IMG/VR virus record: IMGVR_UViG_3300042880_001179
Strand: one strand, 5' to 3'
Length of the DNA: 64,000 bases
DNA from: an uncultured virus (IMG/VR IMGVR_UViG_3300042880_001179)
Lineage: Duplodnaviria; Heunggongvirae; Uroviricota; Caudoviricetes
The notes under the pieces are model-generated. The model saw nothing but the letters and a program-made list of their open reading frames with translations. It searched no databases and was not told where the DNA came from. A program made the translations under genes and the position numbers. Shown here piece by piece: positions 39,861-48,401 of this stretch. Position 1 is the first letter of the stretch, and the number at the start of each line of letters is the position of its first letter.

Positions 39861-40765
39861 TGGAACATAAAATCGTTGAATCATTGAAAAAGCTTTTACC
39901 TGAAGATCAGGTAAATGAAGTCGCTTCAGCCGTGTCTGAAATGCTAGCAGAAGCTCAAGAAAAGCTCGAACAAGATTACAATAGTAACCTTGAAGAAGCT
40001 TACTCACAGCTATCAGCCGAACTTTCTCAGGCTGAGAAAACCGCTTACCAAGGATACCAAGAGGCCTATGAGATTATTAACGATCTTAGCAGCCGCCTAG
40101 AGGTACAAAAAGCCGAATTCGAGAAGACCCTCGAAGAAGGCTACGAAGAAGCTTACCAAATGCTTCTTTCCGAAAGAAACAGCAAGGGCAAAGTCGAAGT
40201 TGACCTCTACGAGGAATATGACGGCAAACTCGCTGAAATGAAAAACTACATTGTTGAGAAAGTTGACCAATTCCTCCAACTCAAGGGCGGAGAAATCTAC
40301 GAGCAAGCTCGCCATGATCTCATCAATGACCCAAGAGTCGTTGAACACAAGGTCGCACTCGACAAGATTATCAACATTACCAGCAACTACCTTTCTGACG
40401 AAGAGAAAACCTTTGCTACCTCATCCAAATTGGATGAATCAACAAAGAGGAACGAAGAGCTTAAAGGACAACTCAGAATGCTCGAAGCTCGTAACATCCG
40501 TCTCTCCACAGAAAATACTCGCCTAAACGAGTCGGTGCGCAAAACCGCTTCCGTTATTACCGAAGCCAGAAAAGCTGTGCCTGCTCAAAACAGCAGAACT
40601 AGGCTGCTCGCCGAACAGAAAGAAAGATCAACGAAAGTAAAGACAGCAAGCGGGAGAGGACATATTGACACCGAGAACATTCAGGTTATTGCGGAATATA
40701 ACACTGGTTCAGGTGAAACAAACGAGCTACTTATTCTCTCAGGCGTTAAAAAGAATAAGAACTAA
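39860..40765 (+). CDS. gp22: Prohead scaffold protein (T4 gp22-like)
   Basis: Glu-rich coiled coil between protease and capsid; 'VEKVDQFL'. Confidence 0.8.
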   Translation: MEHKIVESLKKLLPEDQVNEVASAVSEMLAEAQEKLEQDYNSNLEEAYSQLSAELSQAEKTAYQGYQEAYEIINDLSSRLEVQKAEFEKTLEEGYEEAYQMLLSERNSKGKVEVDLYEEYDGKLAEMKNYIVEKVDQFLQLKGGEIYEQARHDLINDPRVVEHKVALDKIINITSNYLSDEEKTFATSSKLDESTKRNEELKGQLRMLEARNIRLSTENTRLNESVRKTASVITEARKAVPAQNSRTRLLAEQKERSTKVKTASGRGHIDTENIQVIAEYNTGSGETNELLILSGVKKNKN

Positions 40766-40785
40766 ATCTTAATAGGAGTTAATCA

Positions 40786-42225
40786 ATGAATGCTAATGCA
40801 AGATTTCTAAATGAAGCTAAAGAGCTTGAGACTCGTTGGAGCAAAACTGGTATTCTAAAGGGCATCGAAGACCCTTATGTCCGCTCTGCTACTGCAGTTC
40901 TACTCGAAAACCAGAGGCTTATCAACGAAGTCGCAACCGATACATCCGACGTTGCACAGTTCAAGAGAATTTCTATTCCTCTTGTCCGTCGTATCTATCC
41001 ACAGCTAATCGCTAATAAGATTGTTAGCGTACAGCCACTACTCGGCCCAACCGGCTTGGTGTACTATCTCCGCTTCCGCTATAGCTCCAACAAGGGCTAT
41101 ATGCAGGGTGCTTCTAACGACAGCGGCTTCCCCGCTGACGATAACACCTCCCTCCAACAGAGGGCGAGCGGTGATGCCAACCTTGACATCTACTACTCCA
41201 GCCAGTTCGTACAGAACGAGAAAACCCCAGATACCATTGCTGTTCCTAACTCTGCAGTGAATATGGGTAACTTCCAACACACCCCCATCTTGGGCGGCAC
41301 TGTTACTGGTACCATTTATCTAAACGGCACCGTTAGCCAGACATTCACCGTCGCTAGCTCTGGGGCTTTCACTTTCAATACCGTAAGTGGAACCGACCTC
41401 GCTACCAGTGGCTCACTCGACCTAAATACAGGTGGATTCAGCCTAAGTTGGAACGCCACTGCATCTGGCCCTGTTTACTGCGTAGTTTCCTACGAGTACA
41501 ACATGGAGTGCAATCAGGACCTCCCTGAAATCAATCTAGTTATTGAATCAGAAGAGATCGCTGCTAAAACCCGTAAGCTCAAGGCTGTTTGGTCCTATGA
41601 AGCACAGCAAGATCTCCGCTCTCAGCACAATCTTGATGCTGAAGCCGAGTTGACCGCTGTTCTCGCTCAGGAAATCAACCTCGAAATCGACCGTGAGTGC
41701 GTACAAGACCTCCGTCAGAACGCCGGTACTGTCGCTGCTTGGGATCTCGCTACCGCACTTGGTGATACCATCAAGGAAAAATACGAATCCCTCTACGTGA
41801 AGATTGTTGAAGTCTCCAACGTTATCCACAGAAAAACCCTCCGTGGTGGCGCTAACTTCATCGTAACTTCCCCCGAAGTTGCTTCTATCTTCGAAACAGC
41901 TACCGCCGGTTTCGCACCTGCTCCTTCTGAGACATTTACTAGCTCACTTGGTATTCAGTACGTCGGTACTGTTGCTAACCGCTACCGTCTCTACAAGGAC
42001 CCACTATTCCCAACCAACCAATTATTGATGGGCTATAAGGGCGACAGCTACATGGACAGCGGATACTTCTACTGCCCATATGTTCCGCTAACTCAGACAC
42101 CAGTTGTACTTGATCCAGAATCCTTTTGCCCTCGCAAAGGTATCTTGACTCGTTACGGAAAAAAATTATTACGAGAGGGAGCTAAGTTTTACGCCAGACT
42201 CTCGATTGCCAATTTTGTAGTTTAA
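40786..42225 (+). CDS. gp23: Major capsid protein (T4 gp23-like)
   Basis: LVRR..P.LIA..I.SVQP..GPTG, AKTRKLKA.WS.E..QDL and YCPYVPL..TRYG motifs. Confidence 0.97.
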   Translation: MNANARFLNEAKELETRWSKTGILKGIEDPYVRSATAVLLENQRLINEVATDTSDVAQFKRISIPLVRRIYPQLIANKIVSVQPLLGPTGLVYYLRFRYSSNKGYMQGASNDSGFPADDNTSLQQRASGDANLDIYYSSQFVQNEKTPDTIAVPNSAVNMGNFQHTPILGGTVTGTIYLNGTVSQTFTVASSGAFTFNTVSGTDLATSGSLDLNTGGFSLSWNATASGPVYCVVSYEYNMECNQDLPEINLVIESEEIAAKTRKLKAVWSYEAQQDLRSQHNLDAEAELTAVLAQEINLEIDRECVQDLRQNAGTVAAWDLATALGDTIKEKYESLYVKIVEVSNVIHRKTLRGGANFIVTSPEVASIFETATAGFAPAPSETFTSSLGIQYVGTVANRYRLYKDPLFPTNQLLMGYKGDSYMDSGYFYCPYVPLTQTPVVLDPESFCPRKGILTRYGKKLLREGAKFYARLSIANFVV

Positions 42226-42257
42226 ACAAAATATTGATACTACAAGTATCGCAATTT

Positions 42258-42291
42258 AAAAAAACCCCAACCTTTCGGTTGGGGTTTTTTT
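42258..42291 (+). terminator. Rho-independent terminator after the capsid gene (bidirectional form)
   Basis: A7-CCCCAACC-TTTC-GGTTGGGG-T7. Confidence 0.9.
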
Positions 42292-42403
42292 ATCCATTTT
42301 TATGGACGGAAAAAAATTCTTACAAAAACTTGAAAAATTTTTTGCAAAAGCTATAATTAATTTTGTGGAGCAATAATAACTTAGTGATTAGAAAAGGTCC
42401 AAA

Positions 42404-43546
42404 ATGAAAATTGAAGAATTCAATGAGAAATTCAAAAATCTTAAAGATGTTGAAATCATTGATATAGATTGCGAACATCCTGACCATGTTGGCGAAACAA
42501 AGTGCCAAAGATCAAAAGTAGTTGCCAAAAGAAATATAAAAAAAAATAATGGCGAAAGATTTATATGTGGTGATTGCAACATGAAATATAATAATCCAAT
42601 GAAGGTAAAGAGAGATATAAAAAGACAAACCGACGAAGAAATAATAGTAATTTGCACCAATGAAAAACATGTTGGTGATCGAGCCAGACAAATTAAAATG
42701 AGTGCCTATTTTGGTACTTTAGAAAAGCCATACACTCAGGAATGCAAAAGTTGCGCCCAAATTGGCAAAGTAATAAGCGAAGAACAAAAAGATAAGATTA
42801 AGTTGAAATTGACAGGCATTAAAAGAACAGAAGAATTTAAACAAAAAATTAGAGATTTTTATAATAAAAATCCTGATGCAAAAGCTAGGGTTACTGCAAC
42901 TCTACTTAAGCACAAATGCTGCACAGGCATGCTTGGCAAGCATCATTCAGAAGAGCATAAAAAGAAAATGTCTGAGATTATGTCTGGAAGACAATATTCT
43001 GATGAACACAGGCAAAACATTAGTGAAGGAAGAAAAAAAATGCTTGATGCTCAAGGAGGGTTGTCGAAAGAAACTAGAGAAAAACTTAGCAAGGCAACAA
43101 TCCAGCAGTACATCAATGGATTCGATCCGAAAACAAATCATGTCAGAGGAGACCATTTTTCTCCAAAGTGTGATAAATTTATCAAATTTAAATCATCATA
43201 TGAAAAGAAGGCTTTCCTTAAACTAGATGCAGATGACAATGTATTAAAATATGAATATGAATCTACGATTTTAGAATACACAAATCCTCTTAAAGGAATA
43301 ACTGGGTCATATTTGGTTGATTTACTGGTGTATTATAAAGATGGCACCAAGAAACTTATTGAAGTAAAGCCAAATTCATGGTTAAAAAATCCTGTTGTTG
43401 CAGCAAAGATTGTAGCTGCCCATGAATATGCAACAGCCCAAGGAATTACTTTTGAAGTTTGGGAAGAAATGGCTTTGTTTGGACATGTTTATAACGAAAA
43501 AAATATGAGATCGTTTTGCCATAAAGTTAAAAATAACGAAGTTTAA
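42404..43546 (+). CDS. NUMOD3-repeat protein with a C-terminal TnsA/gp4-like PD-(D/E)XK endonuclease domain
   Basis: Two Cys/His clusters, GKHHSEEHKKKMS-type repeats and SSYE..D..V..YEYE..Y.VD..LIEVKP. Confidence 0.8.
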   Translation: MKIEEFNEKFKNLKDVEIIDIDCEHPDHVGETKCQRSKVVAKRNIKKNNGERFICGDCNMKYNNPMKVKRDIKRQTDEEIIVICTNEKHVGDRARQIKMSAYFGTLEKPYTQECKSCAQIGKVISEEQKDKIKLKLTGIKRTEEFKQKIRDFYNKNPDAKARVTATLLKHKCCTGMLGKHHSEEHKKKMSEIMSGRQYSDEHRQNISEGRKKMLDAQGGLSKETREKLSKATIQQYINGFDPKTNHVRGDHFSPKCDKFIKFKSSYEKKAFLKLDADDNVLKYEYESTILEYTNPLKGITGSYLVDLLVYYKDGTKKLIEVKPNSWLKNPVVAAKIVAAHEYATAQGITFEVWEEMALFGHVYNEKNMRSFCHKVKNNEV

Positions 43547-43625
43547 CAAGAAATTTTAGAACAAAAGTAATCATTTTTTGGGCAAGGATGCCCTTTCTTG
43601 GGCAGAAGAACTATAATAACATTAT

Positions 43626-43696
43626 GCGGGTATGATGTAATGATAGCATAATAGGTTTCCATCCTTTTCGTACGAGTTTGAATCTCGTTACCCGCT
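43626..43696 (+). tRNA. tRNA-Gly(TCC), CCA not encoded
   Basis: GCGGGTA/TACCCGC acceptor stem, ATGT/GCAT D stem, anticodon loop TT-TCC-AT, ACGAG-TTTGAAT-CTCGT T arm; TATAAT upstream. Confidence 0.85.
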
Positions 43697-44098
43697 TTTT
43701 CTTTTTAGATCGTAGTGTAATTTTCTATGGCAGTTGCTACAGATTGGAATACATTTCTTAATTTCTTCTAGTCCTTTTTTTCTACTGCCGTTATTCATCA
43801 TGTATGAGACATCATCTTCTTTATTTTTTTCGAAGTGGTGAAATTCGATGCAAGCTGGGTGTGATTCACCGCAGGCGCATTTGAATTGTTTTTTATATTC
43901 TTGCCACCATTCTCTGGTTTGTTTTTTCTTTTCGCTTGCTTTTTTGATGTAGTATTCAGTATTTCTTTTGTAGTGATTATTTACATCAATTCTATGGCAT
44001 GTTTTGCATTTTGAATTTCTAGTTCCTTTTGCTTTTGATTTAAAGCTGAAGTTTTCGATTAATTTTTCTTGTTGGCATGAATTGCAGAACTTGAACAT
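43688..44098 (-). CDS. HNH endonuclease with an N-terminal Zn finger
   Basis: CNSC..CKTC; CACG..EFHH..EIKKC..CSNCHRKLH. Confidence 0.85.
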   Translation of the reverse strand: MFKFCNSCQQEKLIENFSFKSKAKGTRNSKCKTCHRIDVNNHYKRNTEYYIKKASEKKKQTREWWQEYKKQFKCACGESHPACIEFHHFEKNKEDDVSYMMNNGSRKKGLEEIKKCIPICSNCHRKLHYDLKRKSG

Positions 44099-44159
44099 AG
44101 AAAATTATATGTTTTAAACATTTTAGAGACAAATTTGCTATAATATTTAGAGGTGCAAA

Positions 44160-44621
44160 ATGGCGACATTAAAAGACTTAGTATCTGATTTGAAGCAATC
44201 TGATTCGGAGTGTAGGATTTCGATTTATACTCCTAGTGGATTGGGTGTGCCGTGTCATTTTCATATAACTGAAATTGGCAGGACAACTAAGAGTTTTGTA
44301 GATTGTGGTGGTGTGAAGAGGGAGACTGGTGATACAACTTTTCAGGTTTGGGTTGCGGACGATACCGAACACAGAATGACTGTTGGAAAGCTTTTAAAGA
44401 TTATTGAATCTGGCAAGGATCTAGTTAATGATGAAGAGCAATTAGTTTTTGAGCATGACAATAATTATACTATTGGTTTGTATGGTGTTGCCATGATTCA
44501 GCGTCTTGAAAGTTTGTTTAATATATTTTTGAGTCAGAAGCGTGCTAACTGTTTATCTCCTGACAAGTGTGGAATTCAGCCTAAGACTGTTACATGTTGT
44601 AGTAATAAAGGATGTTGTTAA
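44160..44621 (+). CDS. DUF6428-like Cys-rich protein
   Basis: HFHITEIG..FVDCGG, FQVWVADD.EHR...KL and a C-terminal CL..DKCG...CC...CC. Confidence 0.75.
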   Translation: MATLKDLVSDLKQSDSECRISIYTPSGLGVPCHFHITEIGRTTKSFVDCGGVKRETGDTTFQVWVADDTEHRMTVGKLLKIIESGKDLVNDEEQLVFEHDNNYTIGLYGVAMIQRLESLFNIFLSQKRANCLSPDKCGIQPKTVTCCSNKGCC

Positions 44622-44633
44622 CTATATTAATTT

Positions 44634-44729
44634 GGCTGGTAGGCATATGGTAGTCGTTTTAGCTCTTTCCTGACTCGGATGCCTTTTAGCAAGATGGTGA
44701 AGATTAAGAGCGACAGCCCTTGCACAGCC
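44634..44729 (+). ncRNA. Candidate structured small RNA (~96 nt rod-like hairpin)
   Basis: End-to-end pairing GGCTG/CAGCC, GTAGG/CTTGC, GTCGTTT/GAGCGAC, TCTTT/GAAGA. G-U pairs favour the + strand; TATATT lies just upstream. Confidence 0.55.
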
Positions 44730-45562
44730 TATTCATTTTCGTTTATAAGTTTATTAGTATTTTCTATGCCTCTGATGAACATAAAAAAGTAAAAAACATT
44801 GAATGTAACGCTATAGAGTTTATCGACGTAGAGTAGTGTTGATGTTATAGCTCCTACTGTTGGTTGGGTGTAGACTAAAATTAGCATGGTAGCTAGGTGC
44901 ATGATTATGGACAGGGAGTCATTGAAGAAGAAGTTAGCGGCATCTAGGTTTGATTTTCTGACATAGTTTTGGCTTAGATTTTGAAGGTAATTTTTGTATT
45001 CTAGATTTTCCATGAGTGAGTGGTTTATATTTTCTTTTTCTGTTTGTATATTTAGGTCAATTTTTTGTGTTTTGTAGCTGTATATTTTATTGACTGTAAT
45101 CATTCCGATGAATAATATTGTGGCTAGGATGCCGATTTTATGATCTGTGAGGTAGAGCATTGTGAGGGCGGTAGTAGCGCCTATAAAGGCTTGTATTATT
45201 TGAGGTAGGCTGAATTCGAAGAAGTCTGAGTAGTAACCTACGAGTTGGTATCGTGCTGCTATTTTGGCTGGTATTATATTTTTATTTCTAAGAATTTGTA
45301 CAGCTTTTATGGCTTTATCGCAGAATATTTTCATGAAGACTTTGGTATCATATCTTTTTAGGAAGAAGCCGATTAGAAGGGCTGTTATTTCGGCTGTTAG
45401 TAGTATTAACAGATAAAAATTATCTTTAATTAGTAGTCCATCAATAGTTTTACCTAGCAGGTATGGTATTAGAGAAAACAAGCCATACTGGATTATCAGC
45501 ATGGCATATATGAAGATTATTTGGAGTTTATTTTCTTTAAGTATTTCCCTGATCATCTTCAT
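44729..45562 (-). CDS. Stand-alone ABC transporter six-transmembrane domain protein
   Basis: PYLLGK.IDGLL, RYDTKVF, DFFE..LP and TVGAI motifs; about 6 TM helices and no NBD. Confidence 0.75.
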   Translation of the reverse strand: MKMIREILKENKLQIIFIYAMLIIQYGLFSLIPYLLGKTIDGLLIKDNFYLLILLTAEITALLIGFFLKRYDTKVFMKIFCDKAIKAVQILRNKNIIPAKIAARYQLVGYYSDFFEFSLPQIIQAFIGATTALTMLYLTDHKIGILATILFIGMITVNKIYSYKTQKIDLNIQTEKENINHSLMENLEYKNYLQNLSQNYVRKSNLDAANFFFNDSLSIIMHLATMLILVYTQPTVGAITSTLLYVDKLYSVTFNVFYFFMFIRGIENTNKLINENE

Positions 45563-45680
45563 CCTTTAGGTCTTCATCAGGAAGCAAGTTGGGGTTAGGT
45601 GAGTCTTGCATTTCGAATGCTTTAATAATTCCATAAAGTAGAATGGATAACAGGCAGAGTAGTGTGATTGTTTCAAGCAT
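45540..45680 (-). CDS. Small single-pass membrane protein (46 aa, not in the ORF track)
   Basis: MLETITLLCLLSILLYGIIKAFE... after GGAGG. Confidence 0.5.
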
Positions 45681-45968
45681 TTAGTTCCAACCTCCTTCTA
45701 TTGGTGAGCTTTTTGTGAATTGTCTGATGACTTCATTTAGTCTATCGATTTCGTTTAGACATTTAATTATATCGGTTCTGGAATGTGCGATAAATTTTGC
45801 GTTATTTTCTTGATTTTGATTTTGTTTTATGATTGCTACTGGGTGGTAGTGATCAATTTCACCGCAGTAGACTGACCAGAGTCCTTGGTGTAGGTCTGTA
45901 ACCCAAGGGGCTTGGGTGGCTAGTTTTAATCTTGCTTCTATTTCTTCTTTTTCTTTTTGGTTGAGCAT
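45681..45968 (-). CDS. Ead/Ea22-like protein
   Basis: ATQAPW...NAKFIAHSRTDI..CL.EIDRL. Confidence 0.7.
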   Translation of the reverse strand: MLNQKEKEEIEARLKLATQAPWVTDLHQGLWSVYCGEIDHYHPVAIIKQNQNQENNAKFIAHSRTDIIKCLNEIDRLNEVIRQFTKSSPIEGGWN

Positions 45969-45976
45969 AAGTGTGC

Positions 45977-46297
45977 CTATATGATTTTGAAGTTTTTTTT
46001 GATTAGAGCATGAACTTCTAATAGTGCGAGATTTTTTTGTGTTCCATCACCTATTTGTTTATCTTTTTGTGTGGTTACGTAATGTGCGTGGTTATCGATA
46101 ATTTGCAGACAGGTTTCGACGGTTTCTTTTTGTATTGTTTCTTTGTTGCATTTTTTTAATTGTTCTTGTAGGTATTCATACTCTAGGACGAGTTGTTCTA
46201 GTGTAGCGATAGGTATGATGGTAGATGGTTTGAGGATAACGTTTTCAGTAGATCTGATTTGTTCTTTGATTGCGTTTATTAGTTTTTCCGATAGCAT
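45977..46297 (-). CDS. Hypothetical protein
   Basis: Member of a contiguous minus-strand run of small genes. Confidence 0.55.
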   Translation of the reverse strand: MLSEKLINAIKEQIRSTENVILKPSTIIPIATLEQLVLEYEYLQEQLKKCNKETIQKETVETCLQIIDNHAHYVTTQKDKQIGDGTQKNLALLEVHALIKKNFKII

Positions 46298-46305
46298 ATT
46301 AATCC

Positions 46306-46527
46306 TTACGAAAACAATTCATCATAATCTAGTATTTCCCATAATGTTTCATCAGCTTTTTTTCTATCTTCGTTGTAATCATCTGTAATTAGTATTGTTT
46401 TTCTATGTTTTTGCAGAGCTCTTTTTAGTGCTTTTATTTTAGATCTTATTTTTAGCATAATTTCCATAGCATCATCGAGACTATCTTGTAGTATTTCGAT
46501 GTGTTCCGTCATTTCTTGTTCATTCAT
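46306..46527 (-). CDS. Hypothetical coiled-coil protein
   Basis: RBS GGAG; same operon. Confidence 0.55.
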   Translation of the reverse strand: MNEQEMTEHIEILQDSLDDAMEIMLKIRSKIKALKRALQKHRKTILITDDYNEDRKKADETLWEILDYDELFS

Positions 46528-46540
46528 TTTGCTCCGATTA

Positions 46541-46678
46541 TTAATTTCTATTGATATATTCTTTTAGTTTTTGATTTTCTGTTTTGTAGGTATTTATTTG
46601 TACAGTTAGAAATATCACTACTGCTAGCCAAATTACGAATAAGCCTGTTACCATTTTTTCAGAGATTTTGGTATTCAT
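46541..46678 (-). CDS. Small membrane protein
   Basis: MNTKISEK followed by a TM segment; internal ATG after AAGGA. Confidence 0.5.
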   Translation of the reverse strand: MNTKISEKMVTGLFVIWLAVVIFLTVQINTYKTENQKLKEYINRN

Positions 46679-46724
46679 GGTTAAGCATCCTTTAGGTGGT
46701 GGCTTAGGGACATGAGGAATGGTG

Positions 46725-47072
46725 CTAGGCAAGCGAAGAGGATGCCTTGCAGTTTTCCGTCTTCGTTTCTGATTCCGAAGAAAAAGAGAAAACACAAGAT
46801 GACACTGAGGAAGCTGCAGATAAGGCAGCTTGTGTAGAGAGCTTTTCTAATGTTTTCTGGCATCTTTTGGACTCCTGTAGTTGTTTACGGAGTGATAGTA
46901 CTTCATCGGCTAGTTTTTTGCAAGCGATTTTGTATCCTCTGCTGGTAGGGCTGAGGAGTACTACAAGATCATCAAACCAGTAATCTGCATCTTTAATAAT
47001 TTCTTCAATTGAGTAATTATTTGTTTTTAGCACCTCAATATTTTTTTCTTTGAGGTTATCTGGTTTTAGCAT
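46725..47072 (-). CDS. Hypothetical protein
   Basis: Same operon. Confidence 0.5.
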   Translation of the reverse strand: MLKPDNLKEKNIEVLKTNNYSIEEIIKDADYWFDDLVVLLSPTSRGYKIACKKLADEVLSLRKQLQESKRCQKTLEKLSTQAALSAASSVSSCVFSFSSESETKTENCKASSSLA

Positions 47073-47073
47073 T

Positions 47074-47322
47074 TTAATCTCTTGGGTAGAGGTCTCTGAG
47101 AATTTTCTTTAATTTTTTTACTTGTGTATGGCTGAGGTTGATTTTGGTTTGGATTCTTTTGCCATTTTTATCTGTTTCGCCTTGTTCGAGTCTGATACCG
47201 GCGAAACTAGCTGGATTATGTTTGATGACAATTTCATTGAATTCATATTCAACGAAGCCATCTGGTGACTTGTATTGTGTATTATCTTTACCGATGAATG
47301 TTTGGCTTGCGGTGCTTTTCAT
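47074..47322 (-). CDS. Hypothetical protein
   Basis: GAGGT RBS and TATAAT upstream; first gene of the run. Confidence 0.6.
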   Translation of the reverse strand: MKSTASQTFIGKDNTQYKSPDGFVEYEFNEIVIKHNPASFAGIRLEQGETDKNGKRIQTKINLSHTQVKKLKKILRDLYPRD

Positions 47323-47356
47323 TTTTTACCTCAACTAATTTTATTATAGTTGATAG

Positions 47357-47851
47357 TTATGGATTTGCGTCAGTAGTGTTGATTAATTTTCCATTTAGAT
47401 CGTATGTTAAAATTTTTCCGTATGGAGTATGGACAGTGAAATTTTTAGTTTCGTTATTCCAATGAGCGCTTGAGCCGGAATGGTCTCTTTCTAGATTTTG
47501 TAGTTTTGTTTTTATAGCAGATGGGCTGAATTTTACTTGTTTACCGCCTTGTTGTACGACCCAATCTCCACCTTGGAATTTATAGTCATTTGGGTTGCTA
47601 TCAGGTGCGTTACGTATATCATGAATGTTAGCTGGTAGATTTTTAGCAGAGAAGTCCATTGCACCGGCTTTAGGTGCCATCATTCCTCCTGCGACAAAGG
47701 GTGCAGCAGCAACAAGTGCGGCTTTGCCATATTTTTTAAATGTATCTAAGAGACCTTCATCGATTTCTAGATTATTATCTAGGCAATACTTGATGTATTC
47801 ATTGAGAAGGGATTCGTTTCTGTTTTCGACAAATTCATGAAATGAGCGCAT
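47357..47851 (-). CDS. Putative internal head protein with a hydrophobic segment
   Basis: MRSFHEFVE..LLNE..IDE|G followed by an Ala-rich hydrophobic stretch; TAAATA just upstream. Confidence 0.6.
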   Translation of the reverse strand: MRSFHEFVENRNESLLNEYIKYCLDNNLEIDEGLLDTFKKYGKAALVAAAPFVAGGMMAPKAGAMDFSAKNLPANIHDIRNAPDSNPNDYKFQGGDWVVQQGGKQVKFSPSAIKTKLQNLERDHSGSSAHWNNETKNFTVHTPYGKILTYDLNGKLINTTDANP

Positions 47852-48321
47852 GAATTATTTATGGGGTGGGTTTCCGTTTTTATTTTGATTTTGTGTTGTC
47901 TTTGGAGAATGAGTTCTTTGCCCCAATATTCTGAATGGTTGCAACTCCAAGATATTTTTTGTATGCCGATGGAGTCTAATAGTTGTTGGCACCAGACGCA
48001 TGGTTTAGCCAAGCGGAATTGGCCATGCCTATTGATTCTGATACTGAGTATTTCTAGGTCTTTAATTTTCACATCATCTGGGAGTTTGGTTACCAGATCG
48101 GATTCGGCGTGAGGATAGGGATAGGTGAGCCATTTGGCGATGTTATAGATTCTGGCTAGTTCATAAATTTTAGTGCTGGGATATAAGGTTTGATTTTTAC
48201 CGATGGCGATGATTTTGTTTTTTTTGATGGCGAAGGCGTAGTGGTATCTTTCTTGGGATTTGTTATTATCCCAATCTTTAAAAAGTATTTTGATGCACTG
48301 TTGGACGGTGTGTTCTTTCAT
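47779..48321 (-). CDS. Zinc-dependent cytidine/deoxycytidylate deaminase-fold protein
   Basis: IIAIGKN, HAE and AKPCVWC motifs. Confidence 0.8.
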   Translation of the reverse strand: MKEHTVQQCIKILFKDWDNNKSQERYHYAFAIKKNKIIAIGKNQTLYPSTKIYELARIYNIAKWLTYPYPHAESDLVTKLPDDVKIKDLEILSIRINRHGQFRLAKPCVWCQQLLDSIGIQKISWSCNHSEYWGKELILQRQHKIKIKTETHPINNSCAHFMNLSKTETNPFSMNTSSIA

Positions 48322-48401
48322 GGTTTTGCAAATAAATTATATGTTAGTTGTAAAAAAATTTCTTAAGTTAATAAATAAAGAAGGGTTTTCAGGAGAACAT
48401 T

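Noticed and set aside
41822..41830. DnaA box TTATCCACA (also near 30269)
   Set aside because: These are isolated copies inside coding sequence with no cluster, as expected by chance.
43580..43593. GGGCA-AGGA-TGCCC hairpin resembling a CsrA site
   Set aside because: It is a single 5-bp stem with no array of GGA loops, and may just be a weak terminator.
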